Shown here piece by piece: positions 1-10,380 of a DNA stretch of 49,290 bases. Under the pieces are notes generated by a model. It did no database searches and was not told the origin of the DNA. It saw nothing but the letters and a program-made list of their open reading frames with translations. The stretch is from Candidatus Iainarchaeum sp. (GTDB lineage Archaea > B1Sed10-29 > WALL01): positions 1-49,290 of the forward strand of contig JAGMCR010000006.1 in assembly GCA_023129115.1 (NCBI GenBank). The letters are read 5' to 3'. Numbering within the stretch: position 1 is the stretch's first letter; every line of letters begins with the position of its first letter. The position numbers and the translations under genes are program-made.

Positions 1-353
1 CGATGGGCAACCCGCACTGCGTCGTGTTCGCGGGCGACCTGGGCTTTGACCTGCCGGTGCTCGGCCCTCTTTTCGAGCACCACGAGTCGTTTCCCAACCG
101 CATCAACACGGAGTTCGTGAAGGTCCTCAATGACCACGAGGCCGAGGCCCGCGTGTGGGAGCGCGGCGCGGGAGAGACTCTGGCGTGCGGGACGGGCGCG
201 TGTGCGGTTGCGGTGGCGTGCGCCTTGAACAAAAAAACGAACCGCCGCATAAAAGTCCACCTCGCGGGCGGCGACCTGGACATCGAGTGGGCCGAGGACA
301 ACCACGTCTACATGACTGGCTCCGCGGAGTTTGTGTTTGATGGGGTGATTTGA
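1..353 (+). CDS. dapF: Diaminopimelate epimerase (5' truncated by window edge)
   Basis: MGNPHCV, NTEF and [13 protein letters not shown] motifs. Confidence 0.95.
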   Translation, partial: MGNPHCVVFAGDLGFDLPVLGPLFEHHESFPNRINTEFVKVLNDHEAEARVWERGAGETLACGTGACAVAVACALNKKTNRRIKVHLAGGDLDIEWAEDNHVYMTGSAEFVFDGVI

Positions 354-1558
354 TGGTCGAGCGAAACAAGAACATGGCAAAGCTGCAGGCGGGCTACCTT
401 TTCCCGGAAATCAGCCGCCGCAAGAACGCTTTGCTCAAGAAAAACCCCGACGCCAAAATCATCAGCCTGGGCATCGGCAACACGACCGAGCCGCTGTCGC
501 CGTGCATCACCAATGCACTCCGCGACGCTGCCGAGGGCTTGGGCACGCACGAGGGCTATTCGGGCTATGGCGATGAGCAGGGCCTTGCCGAGCTGCGCGG
601 GAAAATCGCCGACACCTTTTACCCCAAACTCGCCTCGGCCGAGGAAGTCTTTGTGTCCGACGGCGCGAAGTGTGACATCGGCAGAATCCAGCTGATGTTC
701 GGCAGCTCCGCTACTGTCGCGGTCCAGGACCCGGCTTATCCGGTCTACGTCGACGGCAGCGTGATGATGGGCCAGACCGACAATTACAACCCCCTCCAAA
801 AGCAGTTCGACGGCATCACTTACCTGGCGTGCAGCCCCGAGAACAATTTTTTCCCCGGCCTGGAAAGCACCTCCCGCACTGACTTGATTTACTTCTGCTC
901 TCCAAACAACCCGACTGGCGCGGCCTCGGCCCGCGACCAGCTAACCCAACTAGTCGACTTCGCCAAGAAGAACAAGTCAATAATCATCTTCGATTCCGCG
1001 TACCGCGACTTCATCCGCGACAAGGGCTTGCCCCGCTCCATTTTCGAGATTGACGGCGCGCGGGAAGTAGCCATCGAGGTGGGCTCCTTCTCAAAGCTCC
1101 TTGGCTTCACGGGCGTCCGGCTCGGCTGGACCGTCGTGCCCAAAGGCTTAAAATTCGACGACGGCCACCCGGTCATCAAGGACTGGAACCGAGTGATGAC
1201 GACGATTTTCAACGGCGCATCGAACATTGTGCAGACCGGCGTGTGCAACGCCTTGACCGAGCAGGGCCTCCGCGAGATGCACGCCACGATTGACTTTTAC
1301 ATGGAGAACGCCCGCTTAATCAAGGACGCCGTGACGTCCCTGGGCTACGAGAATTACGGCGGCGTGAACTCGCCCTACATCTGGGCACGCGTCCCGGGCA
1401 AGTCTTCGTGGGACGCGTTCGAAGAAATCCTTGAAGAAAAGCACGTCGTCACCACGCCTGGCTCTGGCTTCGGCCCGGCGGGCGAGGGCTTCCTGCGGTT
1501 CAGCGCGTTTGGCCACCGTGAGGATGTCGAGGAAGCCGTCAAGCGCCTAAAAGAGTGA
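353..1558 (+). CDS. dapL: LL-diaminopimelate aminotransferase
   Basis: GYLFPEI, ISLGIGNTTEP, SDGAKCDI, CSPNNPTG and SFSK..GFTGVRLGW motifs; ATG at 353 overlaps the dapF stop. Confidence 0.95.
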   Translation: MVERNKNMAKLQAGYLFPEISRRKNALLKKNPDAKIISLGIGNTTEPLSPCITNALRDAAEGLGTHEGYSGYGDEQGLAELRGKIADTFYPKLASAEEVFVSDGAKCDIGRIQLMFGSSATVAVQDPAYPVYVDGSVMMGQTDNYNPLQKQFDGITYLACSPENNFFPGLESTSRTDLIYFCSPNNPTGAASARDQLTQLVDFAKKNKSIIIFDSAYRDFIRDKGLPRSIFEIDGAREVAIEVGSFSKLLGFTGVRLGWTVVPKGLKFDDGHPVIKDWNRVMTTIFNGASNIVQTGVCNALTEQGLREMHATIDFYMENARLIKDAVTSLGYENYGGVNSPYIWARVPGKSSWDAFEEILEEKHVVTTPGSGFGPAGEGFLRFSAFGHREDVEEAVKRLKE

Positions 1559-1600
1559 TAATATGACAGAGTACTTGTTCAGGGACGCGCTGGACTCCCC

Positions 1601-1846
1601 ATGGCGTTGCCCGACCCGGTGTGGGCGCTGGTCGCGTTTGTCCTCATGGCCTTCGGCGCACGCTTCTTTTTCTACGAGGGCGTCAGGCAGGTCCCTGCCG
1701 ACGTTTCGTCAATAATCATGCTGCTTGAGCCGGTTGGCGCCACTGTGTTTGGCTGGGTCCTGCTTTCCCAGGCCCTGTCCTTCGAGTCAGTGCTCGGCGC
1801 ACTCCTGTTGCTGAGCGGCATTTACCTGCTTTATACACGCGACTGA
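1601..1846 (+). pseudogene. EamA/DMT transporter C-terminal fragment (81 aa)
   Basis: SSIIMLLEPVGATVFGWVLL..GALLLLSGIYL is typical of the EamA C-terminus; only about 3 helices remain; upstream ATG at 1563 is out of frame. Confidence 0.6.
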
Positions 1847-1847
1847 C

Positions 1848-4469
1848 TCACAAGTACTTTGAGTACTTCATCATCTTCATCGCGAGCCCCGGCCTTGACA
1901 TGAGCGCGTTTATCAGTGGCCACGGCCGCTCCATGTCGCCGTGTCTCTCGATTATTTTCGCCAGCCCTTCTGCGTTGGCCAGCCCAAACAATTCATCCAT
2001 CTCCCCCCCCGGAATCTTGTCGAGCATGTTCCTTATCCTGCGGTGCATCGCGAGGTCCTTGCCGTATTCCTTTCTCCACAATGCCTCGTAGTCGCCCGGA
2101 TTCCGGTTTTCCCCGAGCACTGCGCCGCAAATCCTGGCGTTGAATCCCCCGATTGCGACCCCCCCACCGGTATTGTGGAGGAGTATTGGCCCCATCCCGC
2201 CCACAAAAATGTTGGTGTTTGGTATTTCAAGGTCGAATACTTCTTTTGTGGTGGGTTTTACTTTCCTGATTTTTTTTATGGGGATTGGGACAACGTTATT
2301 GTTCACCAGGTTTTTGATGAAGGCAGTCTCTTTTTTTCTTGGGGTGATAGTGTCTAGTATTTTAGTGAGTTGCCCATAAGAAATAGTTTTGGAGTGGTTT
2401 TCAACGAATTTGCGTTTTTTTAGGTATTCCCGTAAATCTTGGGGTAAGAGGCTTAAGGGAAAATTCTTTTGGGAGCAGGTGAAACGGATTTTTTTTAGGT
2501 ATCTCTGTAGTTCTTTTTTGTAGTTGGGAAATACGTCCAAAAGCTTTTTTAGGTTTTCGTTTCCATAGAACCCGATTTTATATGCCGTGCCACTTTTTAT
2601 TTTTTTGCCGTTCCATGTATGGCTACGCGGTTTTTGTTTTTCTATGGAGGGATAAAGGCCAAGCTGCAGAGAGAGGAGAACCAAGTCGCTGGCCAGTTTA
2701 TAACTCGCTGTTTTGGCAGATATTTCAGCAGACCAGTTCCTCCTGTTTTTGCCCGTCCTCACCCGTATTGTGCCGTCCCCAACCAAATACGCTTTAAGGA
2801 ATTCGTACTTCAAGTTGTTTGGCATGTTGAAGACCACAAACGGCACTTCTTTGGTTCTAGCAGATCCCCCCGTTTTGAGAACTTTCTTGAAGATTAAGGA
2901 GAGTAGTTTCCCCCCAAAACCAATGTTGTATTTGCAAACCTTGCCAGTCTTTGGGTTTTTACCTTGTTCTTCCCAAAAAGGAACACCCAAGGCTTTTTTG
3001 ATGCAGTGCTCTGCATCGTCTATGACCCCATTCACTCGGTCATTTTCACCAAAAGTAAGGTACGCCTTTTGGTTGCTTGAGCCCTCAGCCACGTAGTACC
3101 CCAAGAGTCTTGCGAATTCGGGGGTTGCCCTAATGATGTTTGGGATGGCCACCCTGGATTTTGTGAAAGATATTTTGACGTTTTGAGGGATAATCCCTTT
3201 TTTTAGGAAGTTTTCAAGAGGTATGCTGTCACTGACCCAATGAGCAGATTGGTATCTTCGTGGCACGTCCGAAACTTTCGAGTAAATCAGTTCTCTCCCA
3301 CCTTTAACACGGACATATCTAATCATTTCTGGCGCTTCTTCTAAAATCATTTGAACTAAATTTATTTCTTTAATTGATTGATTGTTTGGAACGTCCATGC
3401 TTACAAGTAAATGGTCATAACCTTCCCTGAGTTCTGAAACTTTCTTTTCTTTTAATTCAGAGCCTTCAGCAACCAGCACACTGTGTGACGCTGTTGCTTT
3501 CACCCGGTATCCGTTTTTGAGTATTAGTTCAAAGAGATCTTCTTCTAGGTCGTGTTTCAGGATGCCCCCAACGCCCCAGAAGCCCGGCTTCGTCGCGTCG
3601 CGTTCAATGGAAAAAGCAGACCAATTTTTAATCTTTTCTTTCAAGTGCTTTACAGGGGTCTTCACTAATCTTGGGTTTTTCATATTTCCATTAACAAACG
3701 CCCCAATTCTAACCGTACGTATCAATCCATTCTTTTGTATGACGACTGGTTCTTCTGCATCAATGCTGGTCGCCTTCACGTGCGCGGCCGCGTCCCCAAC
3801 GAGGCAAGTCCCGTCCACGACCGCCGGAGAATTGTCGAACAGCGGAATCAATGCACTCATCTCATCGTCGTACTCCAACTCCATCCCTTTCTTATGCAGC
3901 CACTTCATCAGCGCTTCTCTGGGATTGCCTTTCCTGACGCCAATCCCAACACGGCATTCCTTAGCATTTACAGGAACGACCCACGCAAAGAACCCGGGCG
4001 TCCAGTGTATCTCTACAAACTCTTCGTCTTTCTCCAGGTCCGCAGTGACCTGGTACGCGTGGACGTACTGCCTCTTGGGCGCCCACTTGCTGAGCGGCCC
4101 GTCTGCCGCGACGTCACATTTCCCCCCCCACTTCTTCCCCGTGATTATCTCGGCGCCCTCGCCCTCCGCCTCTTCCGCAATCGTCTTGTCGAGCACTGAC
4201 CGGTCAATCACCATTGTCACGGGCTGGCCCTTCTTTACCTCGAACTCCTCGCCGCCGGGCGAGTAAAACCTTGCGCCCCTGCACTTGTTCAAGACACTTT
4301 CTTCGTATTCAACGTTTAATTTGTCCAATCCCTTTTTCGACACCAATCCAGTGCAGTGCACGGGCTCGCCGATTTTCTTGTGCTCTTCATAAACAGTGAC
4401 TTTCGCCCCGAGCGACGCCGCTTCCTTGGCGCAAAGCAGCCCCGCCGGCCCGGCCCCCACGACTATCAT
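1848..4469 (-). CDS. Geranylgeranyl reductase family FAD oxidoreductase (~341 aa mature), intein-containing
   Basis: VVGAGPAG, PVHCTGLVS, DRSVLD, FAWVVP; the conserved GDAAAHVKAT|TGGGV motif is split by the intein. Confidence 0.9.
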   Translation of the reverse strand: MIVVGAGPAGLLCAKEAASLGAKVTVYEEHKKIGEPVHCTGLVSKKGLDKLNVEYEESVLNKCRGARFYSPGGEEFEVKKGQPVTMVIDRSVLDKTIAEEAEGEGAEIITGKKWGGKCDVAADGPLSKWAPKRQYVHAYQVTADLEKDEEFVEIHWTPGFFAWVVPVNAKECRVGIGVRKGNPREALMKWLHKKGMELEYDDEMSALIPLFDNSPAVVDGTCLVGDAAAHVKATSIDAEEPVVIQKNGLIRTVRIGAFVNGNMKNPRLVKTPVKHLKEKIKNWSAFSIERDATKPGFWGVGGILKHDLEEDLFELILKNGYRVKATASHSVLVAEGSELKEKKVSELREGYDHLLVSMDVPNNQSIKEINLVQMILEEAPEMIRYVRVKGGRELIYSKVSDVPRRYQSAHWVSDSIPLENFLKKGIIPQNVKISFTKSRVAIPNIIRATPEFARLLGYYVAEGSSNQKAYLTFGENDRVNGVIDDAEHCIKKALGVPFWEEQGKNPKTGKVCKYNIGFGGKLLSLIFKKVLKTGGSARTKEVPFVVFNMPNNLKYEFLKAYLVGDGTIRVRTGKNRRNWSAEISAKTASYKLASDLVLLSLQLGLYPSIEKQKPRSHTWNGKKIKSGTAYKIGFYGNENLKKLLDVFPNYKKELQRYLKKIRFTCSQKNFPLSLLPQDLREYLKKRKFVENHSKTISYGQLTKILDTITPRKKETAFIKNLVNNNVVPIPIKKIRKVKPTTKEVFDLEIPNTNIFVGGMGPILLHNTGGGVAIGGFNARICGAVLGENRNPGDYEALWRKEYGKDLAMHRRIRNMLDKIPGGEMDELFGLANAEGLAKIIERHGDMERPWPLINALMSRPGLAMKMMKYSKYL
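2172..3767 (-). mobile_element. Intein (532 aa) with LAGLIDADG homing endonuclease
   Basis: Starts SIDAEE; block B ATASHS; LLGYYVAEGS and FLKAYLVGDGT; block F VFDLEIP; ends LLHN followed by Thr+1; visibly more AT-rich than the exteins. Confidence 0.93.
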
Positions 4470-5809
4470 TTCGATTCCCCGAGGACTTTCGAGAACTTCG
4501 CAGCCAGCTCGTCAACCCGCTCGGCGGTCTTGGCTTCGACAGTCAGCCGCACTATCGGCTCTGTGTTCGAGGCGCGCATCAATACCCAGCCGTCGCCGAA
4601 GTCAATCCTCACCCCGTCCATTGTATTGACGCCCTCGTACTCGGCAGCCATCCTTTCCTTCAGCCCCTCAATAACCCCAAACTTCTTGTCGTCGCCTACC
4701 TCGACAACAACTCTCTTCCTCGGGTACGCAGGCACTTCCGCGGCCAGTTCACTCAGCTTTTTCCCCTCGCCCTTCATCGCCTGGGCAACCGAAAGCACCA
4801 CGAATATTGGGTCGTCGAACAATACTATCCTGGGCATGACCATGTGCCCGCTGTCCTCGTACCCCAGCAGGGCATTATATTTTTTCCCTGCCTCCATGAT
4901 GTAAGTGTGCCCGACAGGCACCCGGATTATTTCCGCGCCCATTGGCTTGAGGTAGTCTTCCGCGGCCATTGAGCACTCGACTGTCGCGACTATCACCCCC
5001 TTTTCCTTTGCCAGCAGCCGCTTCGCGACTATGGCTGCGGCCTGGTCCGCGCTGAGCACATTGCCTGTCTCGTCCACCAGCACTGCCCGGTCGCCGTCCG
5101 CGTCGAACGCGACGCCGAACCCCTCGCCCTGCTCTGCCGTGGCCTTGATTAATTCGCCAAGCGTTTCCTTGCTCGGCTTGGGGTCCCGCACTTTGAGCTG
5201 CGGGTCCTTCTCGCAAAACAATTCTTTTACTTCCATTCCCAGTGCCTTGAACACTTCGGGGTGCGTGGCAGTCGTGGCCGCGCCGCCGCAGTCCAAAACG
5301 CACTTGACTCCGCTGCAGTCGAACCCCTGGCCTGTAACCAGCTCCAGGTACGGCGCCTTCGCGTCCAGTGCCCCGCCGTCCTTGCCACTCCCAACAGCGA
5401 ATTCCTGCTTCTCGGTCTTCTCCCCGATTTCCTTGAAGTCCTGGGCCATGAATGACATTCCCGTGCCGTAAAACACTTTCAACCCGTTACAATCAGCGGG
5501 CAGGTGCGACGGCGTGATATAAGCGCACAATTCTTTCCCGTAATGCTGCGCGCAGTATACTGCGGCGCCGAAGCTTGTTTCCCCGCAGTCAAACACTTCG
5601 ACTTCTGTCTGCAGCAATCCCTTCTTGAGCGCCGCCGCGAGCGGCGGCGAGGTCCACCGCGGGTCCCTCCCCATGACTATACTCTTCAACCCTCTTTCGA
5701 CCATGATGCTGCCGAGGCTCCTGCCAATGGCTTCCATGACCCCCTCGTCCAGCTCTTCTGGGTACTTTCCCCTGATGTCGTAGGCCCTGAATATGTGCTT
5801 TGGGAACAT
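4466..5809 (-). CDS. Phosphomannomutase/phosphoglucomutase
   Basis: FRAYDIRG, TPSHLP phosphoserine loop, FDADGDR, YEDSGH, RASNTEP. Confidence 0.93.
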   Translation of the reverse strand: MFPKHIFRAYDIRGKYPEELDEGVMEAIGRSLGSIMVERGLKSIVMGRDPRWTSPPLAAALKKGLLQTEVEVFDCGETSFGAAVYCAQHYGKELCAYITPSHLPADCNGLKVFYGTGMSFMAQDFKEIGEKTEKQEFAVGSGKDGGALDAKAPYLELVTGQGFDCSGVKCVLDCGGAATTATHPEVFKALGMEVKELFCEKDPQLKVRDPKPSKETLGELIKATAEQGEGFGVAFDADGDRAVLVDETGNVLSADQAAAIVAKRLLAKEKGVIVATVECSMAAEDYLKPMGAEIIRVPVGHTYIMEAGKKYNALLGYEDSGHMVMPRIVLFDDPIFVVLSVAQAMKGEGKKLSELAAEVPAYPRKRVVVEVGDDKKFGVIEGLKERMAAEYEGVNTMDGVRIDFGDGWVLMRASNTEPIVRLTVEAKTAERVDELAAKFSKVLGESK

Positions 5810-5862
5810 CGCTTTTCCTCTTTGACTTTATGTATTTAAATAACATCACCAAGAATAGTGGC

Positions 5863-6972
5863 ATGGACATCTGCATGGTCAACCCCTTCTTCTTTCCGTA
5901 CATGGGTGGGACCGAAAAGCACATTTACGAGGTCGGCCGGCGGCTCGCCAAGAACCACCACGTGACCGTCCTCACTTACCGCTACCCCAAGGCACCGAAG
6001 CGCGAAGTGGTCGCAGGGATGGAAGTAATCCGCGCCCGCGCCCTGGTGCTCACTTACCTCCCGCACCCGTTGCCGCCGCCCATGCCCCTCGCGCCGCACG
6101 CGGACGCGGTCATCCAGAAGCAGGCCCGCTACAACGACTTGTTCCACTTCCACAACCGTTTCACTTACTCTGTCAACAGCTTCAAAAGCCTCAAGCGCAA
6201 GGGCAGGCACGTCTGCCTCACGCTCCACAACGCGCGGCCCCAGGGCATCGACCCGGTGACCGACGCAGCGGGCTCTTTTTACGACGACTTCTTCGGCGAA
6301 AAAATATTCGGCCAGTGCGACCGCATCGCCGCCGTCTCCCGCAACACCCTGGAGACCACTCTCCAAGAGGAGTACCGCGGCAAGGCCTCGGTCGTCTACA
6401 ACGGCGTGAACCTCGAGGACTACGACCCCCGGATGGACTGCTCGGACACGCTTTCGGAGTACGGCGACTTCGTGTTCTCGAACGGCCGCCTCGTCGAGCA
6501 GAAGGGGTTCAAGTACTTGCTCGAGGCAGCGAAGAGCATTGACTCCCACATCGTGATTCTGGGCCGCGGCCAGCAGAAGAAAAGGCTAAAGCGCTTGGCC
6601 CCGGACAACGTCACCTTCATCACCAAGCCCGTGAGCGAGGAAATCCTGGCGTGCCTCTACGGCGCGGCCAAGGCATTCGTCCTATCGTCTTTGTACGAGC
6701 CGTTTGGCATGGCGTTCCTCGAGGCCATGGCCATGGAGACCCCGGTCGTCGGCACCACGGTCGGCGGCATCCCGGAGATAGTAACCAAAGAAGTCGGCCG
6801 CCTCGTCCCCCCGCGCGACCCGGCGGCCATTGCCGAGGCAGTCAACTCCATCCTCGCCAGCCCAGCCCAGGCCAAGCGCATGGGCCACGCCGGCAGAAAG
6901 CGGGTCCAGAAAAACTTCACCTGGGACCACAGCGCCCAGGGATACGAAAAGCTCTATGCCTCGTTGGAGTGA
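5863..6972 (+). CDS. GT4 family glycosyltransferase
   Basis: PYMGGTE, GRLVEQKG, EPFGMAFLEAMA; start set to ATG 5863. Confidence 0.92.
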   Translation: MDICMVNPFFFPYMGGTEKHIYEVGRRLAKNHHVTVLTYRYPKAPKREVVAGMEVIRARALVLTYLPHPLPPPMPLAPHADAVIQKQARYNDLFHFHNRFTYSVNSFKSLKRKGRHVCLTLHNARPQGIDPVTDAAGSFYDDFFGEKIFGQCDRIAAVSRNTLETTLQEEYRGKASVVYNGVNLEDYDPRMDCSDTLSEYGDFVFSNGRLVEQKGFKYLLEAAKSIDSHIVILGRGQQKKRLKRLAPDNVTFITKPVSEEILACLYGAAKAFVLSSLYEPFGMAFLEAMAMETPVVGTTVGGIPEIVTKEVGRLVPPRDPAAIAEAVNSILASPAQAKRMGHAGRKRVQKNFTWDHSAQGYEKLYASLE

Positions 6973-7080
6973 AGTGGGGAGAGATACACCTCTTGGCCTC
7001 ACCCAGTTATTGGGGCCCCGCCCCCCTCTCCCCAAAGGGACAGGGCCCTCGGGGGCCGCCTCTCCCCACACGACCCCACT
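6973..7080 (-). ncRNA. Candidate structured small RNA, family unknown
   Basis: GC-rich segment of ~108 nt; GTGGGGAGAG (6974-6983) pairs with CTCTCCCCAC (7060-7069); internal GGCCC/GGGCC hairpin; BRE/TATA-like CGAAAGCCATATAAAG on the minus strand about 25 nt upstream. Confidence 0.45.
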
Positions 7081-7293
7081 GATAAGTTGTTGTTCAAACT
7101 CCTTTATATGGCTTTCGTTTTGGGTTTAGAGCCACATACAAGCTTATTTCACAAATCAAAGGCATGTAAAGCGTATTTTTGGTGTTGGGAGTTGCATATA
7201 CTGCCACATACTCCTTTCACCTGTCCCTCACTAGCCTATCCAGAAAAAACACTAAATAAAACGAAAAAACAAGAAAAAAGCAGTACATGCCCG

Positions 7294-10200
7294 TTATTTT
7301 TTCGGTTTCCGGGCATGTCTCCTTTTCTTGGGTTTCAGCATTTTGGCGAGGGCTTGCCTCTTGGTGTAGAGCACTGCCGCGATTATCAGCACCGCGATGC
7401 CAATGGCCACGCTTGCCTCGAGCCCCATGAAGCCTGTCGCCACGCTTGCCACTTCTGCCTTTGGCGCGGGCGCGACTGGCTTCGGGGTTGGGGTGCTCTT
7501 GGCTGCCGCGGCGCCGGCTGCTTCTTTTGGCTCCGGTGTCGCAGTTGGCTCTGGAGCTGGCTCTTCGTGCTCAAGCACGGGGTCGCCCATCCCGCTTACG
7601 ATGTCCTGCAGCGTGTACCGGAGCATCTCTGTCGCGACGCTGTACCTGATGGTGACCGCGTCCCCGGCATCCACGTCGCCAATGTGGAACTGGAGCACCG
7701 GGTCGTCCTCGATTACAGTGTAGTCCGGACCGTCAATCACCAGGTCAGAGGCGCTTTGCGCGAAGCTCTTGGGTATGGTCACAGTGTACTCGACATTGCC
7801 CATGGCTTCGCCGAACTCGAGCGTTTCTACGATGACGCTGTCGATGTTGCTGTACTCGTTGGTGATGAACTCTACGTCATAGTCGTAATTCCTCGTCACT
7901 GCGACCGAGCCAACATGCTTCTTGGGGGGCCACTCAATCTGCTCTCCGGTGGAGGTGAATCCCTTGTCTTCTTCGGTGAGGGAGCCGCCGCCTCCTCCGC
8001 CTCCACCGCCCTTGGCTTTGCACTTCTTGTCTTTGCCGTCGCAGTCCTGGTCTATGCCGTCGCCGCATTTTTCTTTGGCGCCGGGGTGGATTGACGCGTC
8101 GTTGTCGTCGCAGTCCACGTCGCTGCCGTAGCCGTCGCCGTCAGCGTCGGGATAGTCTACTATGGCGCTGGCGCTTTTTTCGCTGGTGCCGCTCGTGTCA
8201 TTGTATTGGAAGCCGCAGCTGATGTTGTCGTTGACGTTGGTGGAATTGGCGTAGATTATAAAGGAGCAATGGACGTCGTAGAACGTCCCTGAGGTGCAGC
8301 TTACAGGGCTTAGGGTCAGGTTGGCTGGAGTAACCCAGATGGTCAGGTTCATGAGCGGCACGCCGTCGTAGTCCACCACGTCTCCTTGGCACGTGATGTC
8401 CGTGTCGTTGCGTGGGCTGGATGGGGCCAGTGTAACGGACGTTACTTCGCCAGGGTATTCCTGTACAGTGGTTGTCGCGTTCTTTATTGTGACCGACACG
8501 CCGTCGTCTGCCTTAGCTTGGCAGGTTAGGTTGTCGCCGGCCACGAATGATGTGTTGGCGTCGATGGGGTTGGACAGGCTGATGTTGCTCAGCACGCCTA
8601 TTGACGTGCCGTTGAGCAGCCACACCCCATAGCTCACGGCCACGCTCGGCGCTTCGGTCGTGGATGCGCTCGCGCTGCATGTGATGGTGCTTCCAGCATG
8701 CGGGCTTGGGGTAATCGACAGGCTTAGCGAGGGCGGCTGCACGAGCACTTTCAGCGACGCGTTGAGGGTGCTGCTGTTCTCCATGCCGTCGCTCTGCACG
8801 GCGTAGCACGTGAGGTTGTCCCCGTCGGAATAGCTTGCCTTCGCCAGAAAGGCGCTCGTGTGGCTCAGGGCCGTCCCGTTCCGCTCCCACGAGTAGTGCG
8901 TGGTATGGGTCTGCCGGATGTAGTCGTTCGATTCATCCGTGCTCAACAGCGACATATTCGTCGTCGCCGTGCACTGCACACCAGTATAATTCCTCGTGAG
9001 AGAGATTGAATGAATCACTGGGAGGGAGTTGATAATGTCTACTTCGTAATCAATTTTCTGATTCCCAGCGTGGTCACTTACATTCACGCGGATGTACCTT
9101 GTCCCCCTCCCAGTGATAGTATAATTTGTGTTATTCAGCAATGGTGTGCTCGGCGTGCATGTATTGCTTGAGGCTATACAATACGTGGCGATTGGGTTTG
9201 GGTCGAGGTTGTCTGAGAAAATTGCACTGAAGTTGAGATTGGGCCAGCCATCAATTACATTGGGGTGCGTTATACTCACACTCGGCTTCACAGTGTCGTC
9301 ACATCCCTTGGCATAGGCATACCCGACTTCGTAAGGGCAGTTGTCGTTGACGTCCAGGACTCCATCGTTGTCGTCGTCTGTGTCACAAGCGTCGCCGTCG
9401 CCGTCCGAGTCGTAGTCGGTTTGGTTGTTGTTGGATACATAAATACAGTTGTCTGTGCTGTCCCCAATTCCGTCACTGTCATAGTCCGTTCCCGTGGCGC
9501 CCCACGCGAAGAAATAGTCCTCACTGGCGTTGGTGCCGAAGTCATACGCGATGTTCACGTATCCACTTTTGCCCCAGGAAGTCCCCCAACTATTCTTGAC
9601 TATCCAGTACTCCCCGGTCTCGTTGTAGCCAGTGATTGCCATGGCGTGGTAACCCCGGAGTGTGCCGGAGGTATGGGAATAAATCCCGCTGCCGTAAGAG
9701 TAAAAGTCAAAATACACTGGAAACCCATTCATCACCACGGGCCCGTCCTCGAGTAATTTCCTTATGTCGTCCTTTTCGTCGTATCCGCTTGCGGTCGCGT
9801 CGTGTGTATACCAGCTCGTAAGCCCAGTGATTTTCTTGGTACGCTTGGCCCAGTCGCTGCACCGGATGAAGCAAGGGGAGTTGCTCGCTGTGTAAGCAAA
9901 GCAGGACTCGTCAGTGGTACCAGTGTCCCGTATGTACGCAAACGCGGAATAGGTGTTGCCGCCGGAGCAGCTGCCCTTTCCAGAGCAGGAAACGAGAAAC
10001 TGCTCGGATAGGTCCAAGTTTGGGTAGCTCAAGCCCCGGTTCCCAAACTCTACGTTGTACATTCCTTCGGTGACGGCGACTGATGCAAAAGCCCAGCAGC
10101 TTCCGCAGGTCTTTTGGTCCCTCACATTTGTCATGTTGGCCTTCCAGTTGATGTACGCTGGCGACGCCCCGTCGCGACCGCTTCGGGACATAGCCATCGC

Positions 10201-10380
10201 CGTGGGCGTCATCCTCCCGGGCATTTCTTCCCTTTCCTGCATGAGCTTGGGTGGGTTGTGCATAACCGGATTGTCCGCGGCAACCCAACTCGCGTTGTTC
10301 GTCTCTATGGCCTCTTGTATCTCGGCCAATCCAGCAACCGAGAGCGAAACCAGCAACAGCAAAACAATTATTTTTTTCAT
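7294..10380 (-). CDS. Membrane-anchored surface papain-like (C1A) cysteine protease with TSP3-like Ca-binding repeats, Ig-like stalk and MopE-like repeat
   Basis: Signal peptide; [24 protein letters not shown]; [14 protein letters not shown] repeats; [24 protein letters not shown]; poly-Gly, Pro/Thr linker, C-terminal TM helix and basic tail. Confidence 0.9.
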   Translation of the reverse strand: MKKIIVLLLLVSLSVAGLAEIQEAIETNNASWVAADNPVMHNPPKLMQEREEMPGRMTPTAMAMSRSGRDGASPAYINWKANMTNVRDQKTCGSCWAFASVAVTEGMYNVEFGNRGLSYPNLDLSEQFLVSCSGKGSCSGGNTYSAFAYIRDTGTTDESCFAYTASNSPCFIRCSDWAKRTKKITGLTSWYTHDATASGYDEKDDIRKLLEDGPVVMNGFPVYFDFYSYGSGIYSHTSGTLRGYHAMAITGYNETGEYWIVKNSWGTSWGKSGYVNIAYDFGTNASEDYFFAWGATGTDYDSDGIGDSTDNCIYVSNNNQTDYDSDGDGDACDTDDDNDGVLDVNDNCPYEVGYAYAKGCDDTVKPSVSITHPNVIDGWPNLNFSAIFSDNLDPNPIATYCIASSNTCTPSTPLLNNTNYTITGRGTRYIRVNVSDHAGNQKIDYEVDIINSLPVIHSISLTRNYTGVQCTATTNMSLLSTDESNDYIRQTHTTHYSWERNGTALSHTSAFLAKASYSDGDNLTCYAVQSDGMENSSTLNASLKVLVQPPSLSLSITPSPHAGSTITCSASASTTEAPSVAVSYGVWLLNGTSIGVLSNISLSNPIDANTSFVAGDNLTCQAKADDGVSVTIKNATTTVQEYPGEVTSVTLAPSSPRNDTDITCQGDVVDYDGVPLMNLTIWVTPANLTLSPVSCTSGTFYDVHCSFIIYANSTNVNDNISCGFQYNDTSGTSEKSASAIVDYPDADGDGYGSDVDCDDNDASIHPGAKEKCGDGIDQDCDGKDKKCKAKGGGGGGGGGSLTEEDKGFTSTGEQIEWPPKKHVGSVAVTRNYDYDVEFITNEYSNIDSVIVETLEFGEAMGNVEYTVTIPKSFAQSASDLVIDGPDYTVIEDDPVLQFHIGDVDAGDAVTIRYSVATEMLRYTLQDIVSGMGDPVLEHEEPAPEPTATPEPKEAAGAAAAKSTPTPKPVAPAPKAEVASVATGFMGLEASVAIGIAVLIIAAVLYTKRQALAKMLKPKKRRHARKPKK

